Assembly: GCF_009914755.1 (NCBI RefSeq)
Contig: NC_060926.1
Source of the DNA: the human T2T-CHM13v2.0 reference genome, Homo sapiens
Reading direction: 5' to 3' (one strand)
Length of the DNA stretch: 64,000 nt
Made by a program: the position numbers and the translations under genes. This document shows, piece after piece, positions 1 to 14,409 of the stretch. Numbering within the stretch: position 1 is the first letter of the stretch; each line of letters opens with the position of its first letter. Under the pieces are notes generated by a model. The model was not told the origin of the DNA, searched no databases, and saw only the letters and a program-made list of their open reading frames with translations.

Positions 1-350
1 AAGGAACAACTTTAGGGGAAAAGATAAGGTCGGCTGTAGACATGTTGGCCTCCAGATGCCGGTGAATTTCAGAACCTCTTCAGCATACAAGAAGACAGAG
101 GTCCTGCAGATAAGACGAGATGACAGAACCCTTGGGAGTGCATGATGTTCAGACAGTTCAAAAGTGAGGGGCAATGAGGCCATCCAGGAGACGGCATCCT
201 GAGAAGATGAGAGGGCTGCAAAGAAATCCTGGGGGAAGCACTCACATTTAAGGTTTTAAACTCCCTACCAAAAATGGTCACAATGAAAGAGAAAAGTGTG
301 GACAGTGAGAAGGGGGGCAAAGCAATAGGATGGAGCTGCAAGGACTTTGA
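1..350 (+). mobile_element. Degenerate L2 LINE fragment
   Basis: Purine-rich sequence resembling recalled L2 3' region; approximate bounds. Confidence 0.5.
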
Positions 351-1837
351 AGGGTAGTGTTCAGCCTCTATCTAATTTTACACAGAGATGGGGAAGGAAC
401 AGGAGCCACTCCGCACATGGTGGTTTCAATCTATTTTACAGTGTTATACAGTAACATTCGCTTATTCAACCTGGTAAAAATGGTTCAGAGAAGCAGATGT
501 TACTCTCCTTAAACTGAATTGCCACATTTTCCTTCCTGAATACCAGCACTGCTATGAATTATGCAGTAGACATGATTTTTACATAGATCTGATTTTCATA
601 ATCTTACAAAATTTATATAAATTCACATTTTTAATGTCACCATGAAGGAAAGAGCCTAAATAAACACACCTGTGTGGATAATTAACAAATCAAATTAACA
701 TTGCTTGAAAGCAGTCACCCTGGGAATCAATCTTTCTTACTATATACACTATGCAAAATATTTTAGAATTCTTTGCAAAAAAAAAAAAATAGCATGGATT
801 TTAATTTTTGAAAGTTGATAAATAAATCAGAGTTAAGGCCAGTGAATCACACACAGGCAACTGTTTCTTGTGTCAAAAGCAAGATATGCCTCGTAGAGTA
901 CATGAGAAAATATGATAAATCCTGCATAATATTATCTCTTAGAAAACGTCTTCCTATCGATACAGATTTTTATTATTTTCTGTATGTCTGTCTTTATGTG
1001 TAAGGTAACCATTGCTTTTAAAATCAGAAGAAAGGTATATTGATTTAAAAAAATGAAGAAGAAGAATGTTTACAAAAATTGCCTGAGAGACTTGCCCCAT
1101 AGGCAATTTCAAAAGAGACCTTCCATAAACAATTTGTGCAACATACACCTCCCCAAAATAAATACAGAACTTCTCAGGGGTACATTAATAGGTTAATACT
1201 ATTTAAGTTCTCAAATAGAGGTACATGAATGAGGTTAATACTTACTTTACTTCTCATTTATTTAATAAAAAAGGATTCGGAAAAAATTCTACCAAGGTAA
1301 TGACACTAATCTTGAGGAACATGGAATTTTGAGTGCTTTAAAATCATTTTCTTGTTTCTATTTTCTGACTTAAAAACAGCAATGAATATATAGTGCTTTG
1401 GGTTTTTTAAAAATTGGTTTTAATGTTTAGAAATTTATTAAAATGTGAAAGGGCATATATTCCTTTGAAAATCAATAAATCTCCATATTCCACCCAAACA
1501 CATACATAAAACTGTTATGTAGGCTCACAACCTACATTATACCTGCTGATCTACTTTGACATATAAAGAAAGTGGGACTGTAATTTTTTATGATTTAAGT
1601 TCCTAAGCAGCCCAGTTAGTTGTTCAATACATGAGGATCAAATAATGTTACTGACAGATCAAACTTCATGAAGATGGCCTAAGAAAGTTTTAAAATATAA
1701 TGAGGCAAAAATGGAGAGACTTGCTATGGCTAAGGTACATAAGCAAGGTTCAGCTGCCAGTCATTGGCTGGGTTTACTCTCCTCCTCCTCCCGTCTGTTA
1801 TCTCCCAACTCTATCCAAGCACCATTTTATACCTTTA

Positions 1838-2170
<333 letters not shown>

Positions 2171-2842
2171 CTATAGGGTTTTACAACCATACCTATGTAC
2201 TTCAAAGACTCACAATTTCAGAAATTCACATAGTTCAAGGATCATTTTCCTAATAATCAGGTCAAAACAGCTGCCAAAATAATATGGCTTGTAATAGTTA
2301 CTGTTTCTCTTTAAAGCAAATCACTTAAGTGGAAATGTATATCTTCACATATTCTCATTTTGAATGAATATTTGTATAAAACTGTCATATTTTTAAATAC
2401 ATATCTACAGATCTATTTCAATCAATGCAGATATGCAAACAAATGTCAGGAAGATCTAAAGATCATAACTTTAGAAAGTCTGCTGCCATAATATCAAGAA
2501 GGCTAAACTCTCAAATTTCACTTCTTTTCATTCTGAAGAACAGCCTGAGTATGGAATTTTATCCTTAATTTATTTCACATTGCAATATAACACTACATTT
2601 CCTATTTTATCTTTGTGGTTACAGATACATAACCACTAATTCATCATTCAAAAAAGGCCAATCTATATTAATCCTGGCGGATGCTTTTCAAAATTTGGAT
2701 GAAATAGATTGGGAAAAAGAAGATTAATATATTCAGAAGAAAATAAAACCTTCTTATGAGGCAGGATTCGATGTCAATTCTTGCAGCATCTTTTTCTACA
2801 TGATTAATAGCTTTGCAAATAAGTAACAAAAAGAATTTACTA

Positions 2843-2968
<126 letters not shown>

Positions 2969-3704
2969 TCAAGAAATTTACTAAGAGATTATACCAAAAA
3001 TTATGACATACTGTTCCTTATAACAAGTATACTGTTTACTGAAAGTATTGGACAAGATAGATAAATCACCATGTTACGTTTACCTAAAATTCATAAACCG
3101 TATCTTGCTATTTTTTAAATGATGCAGGCTTTCAAATGAGTTTTATTAAATCACTGGCTTCCTTCTCAATAAGCTCTTACATTAGAGCATTTTACAAAGC
3201 AAACCATCAAGCGTCCTACTCACATATCAAGACATAATTTAAAATACAATGTAATTAGAAATTCTAAATGTGAAACTATGTTGTTAAAAGATGTATTATA
3301 GAAGAGTTAATATGCACAAGTTGTGTAACAAATAGCTCAACATTTTCTAAAATCTAAAGTGTGATTTAAATATTTATTTATAGACAGAAGGTCTAAGTGA
3401 CATAGGAAATGAAATAAATCAAAGTGGCCTTTGGATGGATGAAATGGAGTGAACAAATGCTGCCACACATGTTCAGTTAAATGACTGAACATTTTAATCT
3501 TGCATAACTGTTCCATCCAATATAAGAGAGTGAAAATTCAGAGGTGTGATTTAGTGCCAAAACAGCCACTCACAAATGCATCAAGCTATAGAATGCAGTT
3601 TGCAGAAATACATACAAATGACTTCTAGCTTGATTTCAGTGCAAACATGAAGTTAATTTAAGAATAACAACAAAATAAAAAAAGAGCTCTTAGTATCTTA
3701 TGAA

Positions 3705-3870
3705 AGCTCAAGTCAGAGCTGTAAGGGACCTTAGAGATTATCTCATCATTCGCTCATTTCATGTAGAGGGAAAAGACAACTCCAAGTTTAAGTGATTTGT
3801 TCAAAGGCACACAGAGAAAAAATGGTCATCAGCACCAATACTCCAGGTGCTCAGTATGCTTTCCATCATG
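3705..3870 (-). mobile_element. MIR fragment
   Basis: AGGGACCTTAGAGATTATCT...AAGTGATTTGTTCAAAGGCACACAG resembles the MIR core. Confidence 0.55.
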
Positions 3871-5015
3871 CTTCTTCTTCCCAATTAAAAATAAACAGCA
3901 CCAAAACGTTCATGGTAGTGTTACTGTGCATCTTTAATTGCATAATTTATAAACATTAAAAGCACTATCCTATGCCTGCTTTGCAATATTTACTTGAAAT
4001 AGAAACACAACTTACATGGCTGGCACTGCTTTAAATGTCTCACATATATGAACACATTTAATCTTAGAATACTTAGAATATAAGAATATTAGTTCCTACT
4101 GGCAATTTGCACTGAGATATTCTAACATAAATTATTATTTATCATGGTGGGGGAAAAAGAAGAAAGTGAAATCTCCTGTTCAATCATCCTGAATCATCAG
4201 AAGCTACATCTCTGAAAAATCTCCGGTCAAATGAGTCTTGATCAAAAGGTCTTTGCAAAGATGGCATGTTGTGATTATAAACCACAGAAGAAATCTCTAA
4301 TTAGTCATCCTTCTCTGAAAAATTCATTAATACTGATTAAGCCTGCAGAGTCAACAGTGGAATTCTAGTCAAGCAGAACATTTATGGAGTGGCTTTGAAG
4401 GAGCTATGAATCGATTGTTCCCAGAAGAGCAGGTCTACCCTCCCAAGAAGGTCCTTAAACAAACAGGGTTAGATAAACATTGTCTCAAGTCCTGCCAAAC
4501 ATAGCTCCTTGGTCAGCTAGCCACGTCTTCAAGTTTAGTCAGGGAAACTACATTATGAAAGCACACAGCTATCTAGGATTTCTGAAGGTGTCGGGGAAAA
4601 CCACCAGGCTCAATTTCTAAATCACACAAGGTTCAAAATACTCCTTTGAAGTTTTAGCACTAGATGTAATTAATGAGGACCTTGCCATCTGGGTTTTCAA
4701 TATCGAAGTTTGCAGTTTCTCTTTTTTCTTCTCTAACTTTGAATATTTCCCCGTTTATTGCCTATATTTCACAACACTCACGATCCTTTCTCCTACACTC
4801 TACAGGATTGGATTCAGGAAAGAAATATTTTCAGCCCCATAATGGACAGCTGATTAAGAAGAATATGCAAGAGAAGGAATGTCTATATCCCATGGATAAA
4901 AAGATATATATAAGATGTCTCATATTTTATTCAATTGAAAATGTGGGCAGGAGATTGATATGCACTACTATTCACATTAAATAGAACTGAAATGTTTCTT
5001 TTGACTAAAAGTATC

Positions 5016-5366
5016 TGATATGGTTTGGCTTTGTGTTCCCACTCAAATCTCATCTTGTAGCTCTCATAATTCCCATGTGTTGTGGGAGAGACCTGGTGGG
5101 AGATAACTGAATCATGGGGGTGGGTCTTTCCTGTGCTGCTCTCATGGTAATGAATAAGTCTCATGAGATCTAATGGTTTTAAAAATAGGAGTTTCCCTGC
5201 ACAAGCTCTCTTGTCTGCCGCCATGTGAGATGTGACTTTCATCTTCCACCATGATTGTGGAGCCTCCCCAGCAACGTGGAACTGTAAGTCCATTAAACCT
5301 CTTTCTTTTGTAAATTACCCAGTCTCGGGTATGTCTTTATCAGCAGCATGAAAACAGACTAATACA
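5016..5366 (+). mobile_element. THE1 (MaLR) solo LTR
   Basis: TGATATGGTTTGGCT...GACTAATACA termini; perfect 5-bp TSD GTATC at 5011-5015 and 5367-5371. Confidence 0.95.
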
Positions 5367-5763
5367 GTATCAAATATACATATGTGTGATTTTCATGCTA
5401 AGGATATTTATGTTTGCATTAAAGTTGGAAAGCAAAGACATTCACAAGAAATATCAGTATTTAATATAATGTTCTCCACAACTAAATGAATAAATCAAGT
5501 AAAGTAGGCATAAAATTCTATCAATAAAACTTAGGAAATATTATTTTAGCCTCAGTGACGTTAAATAGTCAATGATTATCTGATAATTATTCCAGTTCAA
5601 CAGTTGTTCTCAACCTACTGTGATGACAAATCCCTTAGAATCTCTAATATACAAAGATAAACTACCTGTTAAGTTTCTAGCTAACCAACAGTTAATTGGA
5701 TACCCTGGAAAAAAAATGGTCTATAAGAAATGTATCAACAATTCAATAAAAATGCTTACTAAC

Positions 5764-5872
5764 CTGGTATTAGGTGCCAAGCCTCTAGGTGCCACTGAAC
5801 ACAGGCAAGGAATTGCCATAATGCTGACATTCAAGAACTGACCCTGGATCATTTGCCATTGATCATTACAGT
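5764..5872 (-). CDS. CERKL: CERKL exon 10 (109 nt) with CxCxxxP cysteine motif
   Basis: [35 protein letters not shown](R); acceptor TACCTTTAG, donor CAG|GTTAGT. Confidence 0.96.
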
Positions 5873-5967
5873 CTAAAGGTAATGAAAGTGATTGGTTATT
5901 TTCCCTCACCAGAACAAAATGTCAACAGAACCTGGCACAGTTCTCAAGGAGATACTTTTCGACTCAC

Positions 5968-5993
5968 CAGATTTGGGAGATCCCTGTGCCCTC
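5968..5993 (-). CDS. CERKL: CERKL exon 9 (26-nt microexon)
   Basis: RAQGSPKS(D); long pyrimidine tract ending CTTTTAG, donor CTG|GTGAGT; required to keep frame between exons 8 and 10. Confidence 0.94.
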
Positions 5994-6033
5994 CTAAAAG
6001 AAAGAAAACAAAACAAAGACATAAAACAGATAA

Positions 6034-6075
6034 CGCGCGCACAGACACACAGACACACACACACACACACACACA
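6034..6075. repeat. (CA)n/(TG)n microsatellite upstream of exon 9 acceptor
   Basis: CGCGCGCACAGACACACAGACACACACACACACACACACAC seen directly. Confidence 0.95.
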
Positions 6076-6387
6076 AATCTATTAAATATGAGAAAATTAG
6101 AGAACTCATCATTATATATGTTAAATACTTTCTTCAATTAGATAGTAAGTAAAAACGTGTACAATTTTGTTGCTGCCAACATAATGTGTTGATTCATTTA
6201 AAGGTAAACTAGTATTATAAGGAATAATAATGTACTATTTCTTTAAAGACTATAACCCTTCTTTAATATGGCTTTAATATTTGTATTACACACTAGACCA
6301 AAATTATCACGAGGGACAAAACTGTGTGTTTTGTTCATTTTTTGGTGCATTGTTGTATTCAAAGTGCCTGGCATATAGTAGGCACTC

Positions 6388-6535
6388 AAAAGAAAAGGGA
6401 AAGGGAAAAGGAAAGAAAGGGAAAAAAACAAAGGAAAGGAAAGAAAGGGGAAGGGAAGGGAAAAAGAGAACGGAAGGAGGGAGGGAGAGACAGGGGGAAG
6501 GAAGGGAGGAAAGAAGGAAGGAAAAAGAGAAAAAG
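6388..6535. repeat. Purine-rich (GGAA/AAAG) low-complexity tract in intron 8
   Basis: About 150 bp almost entirely A/G. Confidence 0.92.
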
Positions 6536-6706
6536 GCTGAGTGAGTAGTTGTTTGCTTACTAGGACCTGTAAGAGTCTGTGATTCTATATTCTTTACTAC
6601 TATGTTAGAAAAATAACCAAAGATCCTAAGTCTGATCAATTGTTTGTCAGAATGTTTTATGCTTTAAAGATACAGGTTATCTGTATTACATTGGGTTTTT
6701 ACCTAC

Positions 6707-6766
6707 CTTTCTTGCACATCATCAGAGCTGTTAAATGGTAAAAATGATATTTCACAGTCTTCTGCC
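6707..6766 (-). CDS. CERKL: CERKL exon 8 (60 nt)
   Basis: AEDCEISFLPFNSSDDVQE(R); acceptor ACATTTTAG, donor AAG|GTAGGT. Confidence 0.95.
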
Positions 6767-6840
6767 CTAAAATGTAATGAAATTTGTTATTAACAGTCAT
6801 TGAACCTGGGATACAATTTTTGGTTTAAGAAAAAGACTTA

Positions 6841-7032
<192 letters not shown>

Positions 7033-7763
7033 TTAATTATTAATCAGTGAGTACAGTAGGACTTGTATCAAAACAGCAAACATAAGAGAGCATATTTATT
7101 GGCTTATAGGAGAATATCTAAAGGTACTGTAGACCATGAACATCCTCACTTTCTCTTCAGTTCCCTTTACCTATAACTACAATAATTACCATTTTTAACT
7201 TGTTCAGGTACTAGTGAAGAAACACAGAGTACTAAATTTTTCAGCTTATTGCTATTTCCTATAAAACATGGTCAAAGAAACGAAGTTAAAGTAGATAGGC
7301 AAGGTAAACACAGATTTAACAGTAGTTTAGTGTTACATATACCTGAGCTTATATGCTTTTTACCAATAGGGATAATAAAATATCTATAGACATCTACTGG
7401 CTGAAATTTTTTTCTGGTTATGTTTTTTCATTAATAACATAATCCTAGTCCTAGAGTCTTGGTACAGTCCTACATCAGTGTTGGATATACTTAAGGAGTA
7501 TTCATTAATGTTCTTCATCTGGTTATAAAATTATAATTTTGAGCACACTACAATATTTTTTTTCTGTACAGATTACAATAAAACTTCATTTACTGCTCTT
7601 TACAAAGCAAGTATTTTGAAAAGACAGGCAATCCACATAGTAAAGCATTGCCTTTTGGTTTTTTAGTCAAACATTTCTCTACTCTAAGAGACAAAGAACC
7701 TGCCTTTTCTTAAAGTCTGATGGAAATAAGATGGCCTTCCTTATATAAATCAACATTTCCTTA

Positions 7764-7949
<186 letters not shown>

Positions 7950-9216
7950 TCATTCTTCAATGTTCAGATGAAAAATAAACGAGAATTTATAAAATCAGGA
8001 AAGTTAATGTGAATATTAGAAGTTTAAGTTCTTATTCACAGTATAGATGCACATCAAATGTCTACACATTTGTTCAATATTTAAAATACTTAGAAATTTA
8101 AAAATAGTTTATAGTAACCGCTTACAGCTTTTTTGATCACGAATGTCTATTTTCTACCTCCCAAATGCTAGCTATATCAAAGCCCACTCCATCCCAACCT
8201 TAATGAATGGGTTTTTAGCTTCAATGCCAAAATGAGGTGCCTCTGGGGAGCAGTGACAAATGCATACATAAATAAAAGAGAAAATAATCCAAATAATAAC
8301 TCAGAAAAATAAAATAACTACAAACTACAAAAAATATGCTCTAAACACATTTAATGAATCTTAGAGGTAAGCTCTTAGCCAAATGAGAATCCCCTCTGTT
8401 ATCTGACAAATGTCTCCTACATTGAAGAAAATGTTTAATTCAATTGTATTTCCCATGTATGAAGATTTGTATTTGAAACATTATGATTTCTGATTTTCAT
8501 GATTATTAGAATTTAAGACACACCTGGATTTTCCCCACCAGTCCACAGAGGCAAAGAGCGCCCTAAGTCAGGCCCCTTTAATGTTTATGTGTAACTGAAA
8601 TCTGAGATACAGGGGACTATACCAGCTAGCCCTTCCCATTCCCAGGAGGCTAAAGAGAATTTAAAATTATTAAGAACAGAATGAATGAAGCTACAATTTT
8701 TCTTGAATTAAAGAATATAATAAGTAAGTCCAATAATAGCCAAGAGCTGTGAAACCATGCATGTGGTGTGTTCCGGTTATGAAGGCAAAGACCAGTCCTC
8801 TGGATTTTGTTAATCAGAAGCATTCCTATGTGATCATACATAATTGCTTCAATTTGTGTTACTTTGAACTGATATGTACTTGGGTTGCTAAATTGGAGAA
8901 GCTGAGGCAGCTTAGCCATTATCAACCAAGAGGTCATTAATATCATAATTTTTTAGGTAACTAAGAATAAGCATATTTAATTATTATTAATTATAAATAA
9001 GCACAATTACTTCTAGTAATACCAGTGCAAAGAAAAGTTTATTTTAACTAAATGGCAAACTGGTTCCAACTGATTCACCAAAAGGCAAGTTATGCTGTGA
9101 CCCTTGTTACTCAAAATACGGCCTACTGTCAAACAGGAATGACAATACTTGAGTGCTTATTAAAATTACTCTCATGAGTTGAGAAACAATGTCTTGTTCC
9201 TCAAGAAGACAATAAT

Positions 9217-9865
9217 ACCCATTCTCACCACTGTCATTAAAATAGTACTGGAAGTTCTAGCCAGAGCAATTAGGCAAGAGAAAGAAATAAAAGGCTTGCA
9301 AATCATAAATACGGAAGCTAAATTGCCTTTGTTTGTAGGCATGATCTTATTTATTTAGGAAACCCTAAAGGCTCCATGAATGAATTGTCAGAGCTAATAA
9401 ACAAACTCAGTTAAGTTGCAGGACACAAAATCAACACACAAAAATCAGTAGCATTTCTGTACACTTACAACTATCTGAAAAAGAAATCAAGAAAACAATC
9501 CCTGCACAGCAAAATAAACCATCATCAGAGTGAACAGGCAACCTACAGAATGGGAGAAAATTTTTGCAATGTACCCATCTGACAAAGGTCTAACATCCAG
9601 AATCTACCAGGAACTTAAACATATTTATAAGAAAAAAAAATTCCATCAAAAAGTGGGCAAAGGATACGAACAGACACTTCTCAAAAGAAGACATTTATGT
9701 GGCCAACAAACATATAAAAAAAAAGCTAAATATCACTGATCATCAGAGAAATGCAAATCAAAACCACACTCACACCAGTCAGAATGGCGATTATTAAAAA
9801 GTCAAGAAACAATAGATGCTGGTAAGGCTGTGGAGAAATGGGAATACTTTTACACTGTTGGTGTA
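9217..9865 (+). mobile_element. L1 ORF2 fragments
   Basis: CTGGAAGTTCTAGCCAGAGCAAT.. and [12 protein letters not shown] motif in ORF 9530-9739. Confidence 0.9.
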
Positions 9866-10119
9866 ATGAGATATCTGGGGGGTGGGACCCAAGTCTAAAC
9901 ATAAAAGTTTTATACATCTTATACACATAGCCTGAAGATAATTTTATATAATATTTAAAATATTTTTCTATATGAAACAAAGGTTTGACTGCACTTTGAC
10001 TGCTACCTGTCACATGAGGTGTGGAATTTTCCAGTTGTGGCATCATGCTGGCACTCAAACATTTCTAATTTTGTAGCATTTTGGATTTTAAGTCTTCAGA
10101 TTAGGGACAATCAGCCTGT
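9866..10119. mobile_element. Tigger4/Zombi-like DNA transposon fragment nested in L1
   Basis: GGGACCCAAGTCTAAAC...CAGATTAGGGACAATCAGCCTGT resembles recalled Tigger4 end. Confidence 0.7.
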
Positions 10120-10990
10120 TTATATACACAATGGAATACTATTTGGCATTAAAGAGGTCCTGTCATTTACAACACGTGGATAAACCTGGAGGACATTATG
10201 CTAGGTGAAATAAGACAGGCACAGAAAGGCAAATACTTACTTTTATGTAGAATCTGAAAAACTTAAACTCATAAAAGCGAAGAGTAAAATAGTGGTTACT
10301 GGGGCTAATGGGTGGGAAGGACTGGGGAGATACTGGTCCAGGATATAAAATTTCAGGTAAAAGGAATAAATTCAAGAGATCTGTTATACAACCTAGTGAC
10401 TATAGTTGATACGGTTAGGCTTTGTGTCCCTACCGAAATCTCATCTTGAATTTTAATCCCCATAATCCCCACATGTCAAGGGAGAGACCAGGTAGGAGTA
10501 ATTGAATCACGGGGGTGGTTTCCCCCATGCTGTTCTTGTGATAGTGAGTGAGTTCTCATGAGATCTGATGGTTTTATAAGGGACTCTTCCCCACTTCACT
10601 CAGCATTTCTCCTTCCTGCCACCTTGTGAAGAATGTGCCTTGCTTCTCCTTTGCCTTCCACCATGGTTGTAAGTTTCCTGAGGCCTCCCCAGCCATGCTG
10701 AACTGCAAGTCAATTAAACCTCTTTCCTTTATAAATTACCCAGTCTTGGGTATTTCCTTATTGCAGCATGAGAACAGGCTAAAACAATAGTTAGTAACAA
10801 TGCATTATATACTTGGAAATTTCTAAGGGAGATTTTAAGTGTTCTCAATGTAAAATCAGTATGTGATCATTATGTCAATTTTATGCATATTTATCTTTAT
10901 TTAGCCATTTCACAATGTATACATGTTTCAAAACATCACATTGTACACAATAAATACATACAATTTTTGTCCATTTAAAAATAAGGATAA
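10120..10990 (+). mobile_element. L1MA-type 3' end, interrupted by THE1 LTR
   Basis: CACAATGGAATACTAT..CTGGAGGACATTATGCTAGGTGAAATAAG..; 3' UTR resumes after 10791. Confidence 0.85.
10407..10786 (+). mobile_element. THE1D-like (MaLR) solo LTR
   Basis: TGATACGGTTAGGCTTTGTGTCC...CTAAAACA termini; 5-bp TSD ATAGT at 10402-10406 and 10787-10791. Confidence 0.93.
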
Positions 10991-11039
10991 TAGGTATTAA
11001 AACAGTAATAGCAGTATTAATGGAAGTAAAAAATATATT

Positions 11040-11325
11040 TTTAAAATGTTGCCTCTCAGGCCCCATTCCAGACACACTGATTCAGAGTCTGCAATTTATT
11101 AGATCCCCACGTGGTTTGTATGCACAGTGACTTGGTGAGAAACTCCTCTGGAATGCATGGTCCAAGCAGCATCATTACCTGGGAGCTTGTTAAAAACGTA
11201 CATTCCTGGGTTCTACCTCCAACTCATGGACTCAGAATGTGTTTGGAGGAGGGAGGACCCAGGTATCTCTGTTTTAGCAAGTTCACAAGGTGAGTCTATG
11301 GACCCTAAGTTTTGAGAACAAGTAG
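11040..11325. mobile_element. MER5-type hAT MITE fragments
   Basis: CAGGCCCCATTCCAGAC.., GCAGCATCATTACCTGGGAGCTTGTTAAAAA..AGTTTTGAGAAC motifs. Confidence 0.65.
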
Positions 11326-13763
11326 TGTAGAAACCTGTTACTCAGTGGATCTTTATCAAGGTCTTTCCAATGATCTTGTGGCCCTCTACAGCCTGCCCTT
11401 TGACCATCTAATTGCTAATAAATCTGGAATGGATCAGGAGAAAAGGAAGAAACAAGTCAATCCATTGTGCTTCCCAATCAGATTTGTGGTAAAGATTTTG
11501 GAGGAGGCCACATAATTAGAGTCAGATATTTAGGATTATCGATGGATTACAGTACTCCATGGAACACATTTCCTCCATTACCATGGTTAATTATGAGTAG
11601 ACCGTAAAAGCATTCCTCTAGAAAGGCTATTAAAAAACATAATGTAATGTCATGTGCAATAGAGAATGACACATATCATGACTTAAGAAAATAAAGACCA
11701 TTTATTCCCTGTGAGTTTGAAGTACGGTGGGTATGCCCAAGTACAAAATTTTTTTAGAATGCTAGAGATGGCTTTAAAAATTGTTTATGTCTTCTCAGGC
11801 TTTGCAACTTTTCTCTAATTCTGTAGAAGTTGGCAGTGATAACAGACATGACTAGAAGTCAGAAAATTATTTTAGTCATTGACTACTCATTAATCTGTAT
11901 CTTAGTCTTTAAATGTGGTTTTTGACACTCTGAAGAAAAAAGGAAAGTTTATGAGAAAGTATATGTAAAATTGCAAAACGATAGCTTGTTCTATATTTTG
12001 TTGGGATAATCTGAAAGATGGATTACATTTTGTTTCAGGAAACTGTACTCTATTTGAAAAGATGTCTACATGCCAAAAGAACATGCTGCTCACATAAATA
12101 ACAATGGCGTAATTTTAATGTTCTCACAAAAGCTATAAATGTTCTACCTCAAGGTAAACATTTTAATTAGCCTGAAAGTTATTTTTCTTAACACTACCAG
12201 AAACTTTGCCTACCACTTCCTCCTGAGAGCTGCTAAAATGTTCCAAATACAAAAAAGTAAGGACAGAAGTAGCAGTTCATGTAAAGAATTACTGATGAAA
12301 TACCAGGGAGAAACTATGGAGGCAAAAAAAAAAAAAAAAAAAAAATGTCCTTGGAAGTGCAAGCACTTCTGCAGAACAATTAACTTAATTAACCAGATAC
12401 CATGAATATTCATAAGGCTGTTAATGTCTCCCACATCCAAACAGATAAATGTGATGTAATGACTTCCTAGTCAAGCATATCTAAAATTCTCATGAAAACG
12501 GCACCTACACTTTGGTTCTTTGCCTGAAATATCATAGAAATTAACAGTCCCTCGGCAATATTTTATTCTCCTCAAATTAATTGGAAAGCATGAATTTATT
12601 TATGCAAACTCTATAGGAATATATGGTTCACAGCCATCAGTATGTGGCTTGAGCCTTGTTTTACAACAACTGGATTGCTTTTTTATTTTTATGTCCTCTC
12701 AGGCTTTTTTCTCCATTCCCCCTCCCCCTTTTAATCAGAGTCTCTCAGTATAGTTCCTTAGCACCAGTTCCCATAGCAACAAACACCATTCCTAATGGCC
12801 AGCAGTTCAAATACAGGCTTCTCCACATCTGATCCATTTGAGTCTGACCATAATTCAGCAGCTTAGTCTGTTGGCTCAGTGGATTAATTTACTAAACACT
12901 CTCCCTCTGGGTGTCTCTCTCCAGGAGGCAAATGGCTTCAAAGGCACACTGTCTCCTCATGTTCAGCTTGAAAACTTCCTGCCTAGTTCTAGTTCCCATT
13001 CTCTATCAAAAGCCCTGACTAGGCATACAGTCATCATATTAAATATACCCCACACATGACTTTCCCCTCCTATTAGATGGAATTAGAATGCTAGAACTCC
13101 TATGCAATGACCAGAATTTTGGCAGCATACTGTGTCTTCTAAACAAGACACGTTAAAATGGCATTACTACAAATATCCAAAGAATACATAAAATGCTCCC
13201 CAAATCAGAAATACTCTTCAAAATTATAATAGTGATAAAACTAAATGCTATTCCTTTATAAAATCTGAATTACATACTAAAACATAAGAATAACCACCAG
13301 TTTTTATAGCCAACCACCAAATTTATGTCAAAGGCATACCTGTAGGGACACCCATCTTTCTATTTCTGATGTATGGCAGTCAATGAATGACCTCAGGAAT
13401 TTAAGTACTAATGAAGTATCCTAAGCACATCCACTTTGCATGGAAGGAAATGTTGGAAAGTTTCCACCATTATAGTCAGAACTACTAAAGTAAAGCAAAA
13501 AGGTCAAGAAATAAAATGCCATGAAAAGATGGCCCAAAATGCATCATTTTTCTCTTTGAGTCAAAATCATCTTGGTGTCTTCTACTTAGAAACCATTTTA
13601 GGTTTTCCTATATACTCTAGAATTATCAGATTATATCTGAATATCTCTCTCCTTTTAAATTCTGACTTTCTGAAAGACTTTACACTCTAAAAGGGCATTT
13701 GAATATCTTATGCTCTGTCAACTTATCAACAATACTAAGTATTCTAAAATCCATACTAAATGA

Positions 13764-14209
<446 letters not shown>

Positions 14210-14409
14210 TTATTAAACCTTTTAAATGTGTAATCAAGACTAATAAAGGCTAATTACCCACCCAAAGTCAAGTACCAAACTGAAATTCAAGTCCAGTCTC
14301 TCTTACCCTTAATGTCTACTCTGCCAGGCTATTGAGTACCTCAAGTAATGCTATTTTGCCTAATTTTCCTTTATATATATATATGTTCATAAGGCTGTAT
14401 ATTATATAT

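Noticed and set aside
6243-6639. K/E/R/G-rich and F/S/P-rich ORFs
   Set aside because: Translations of the purine-rich simple repeat
5750-6706. Tandem donors shifted by 4 nt (exons 8 and 10) and a TAGGAG tandem acceptor at exon 9
   Set aside because: A second GT at +5 is part of the normal donor consensus and GAG acceptors are rarely used; no sequence-only evidence of use
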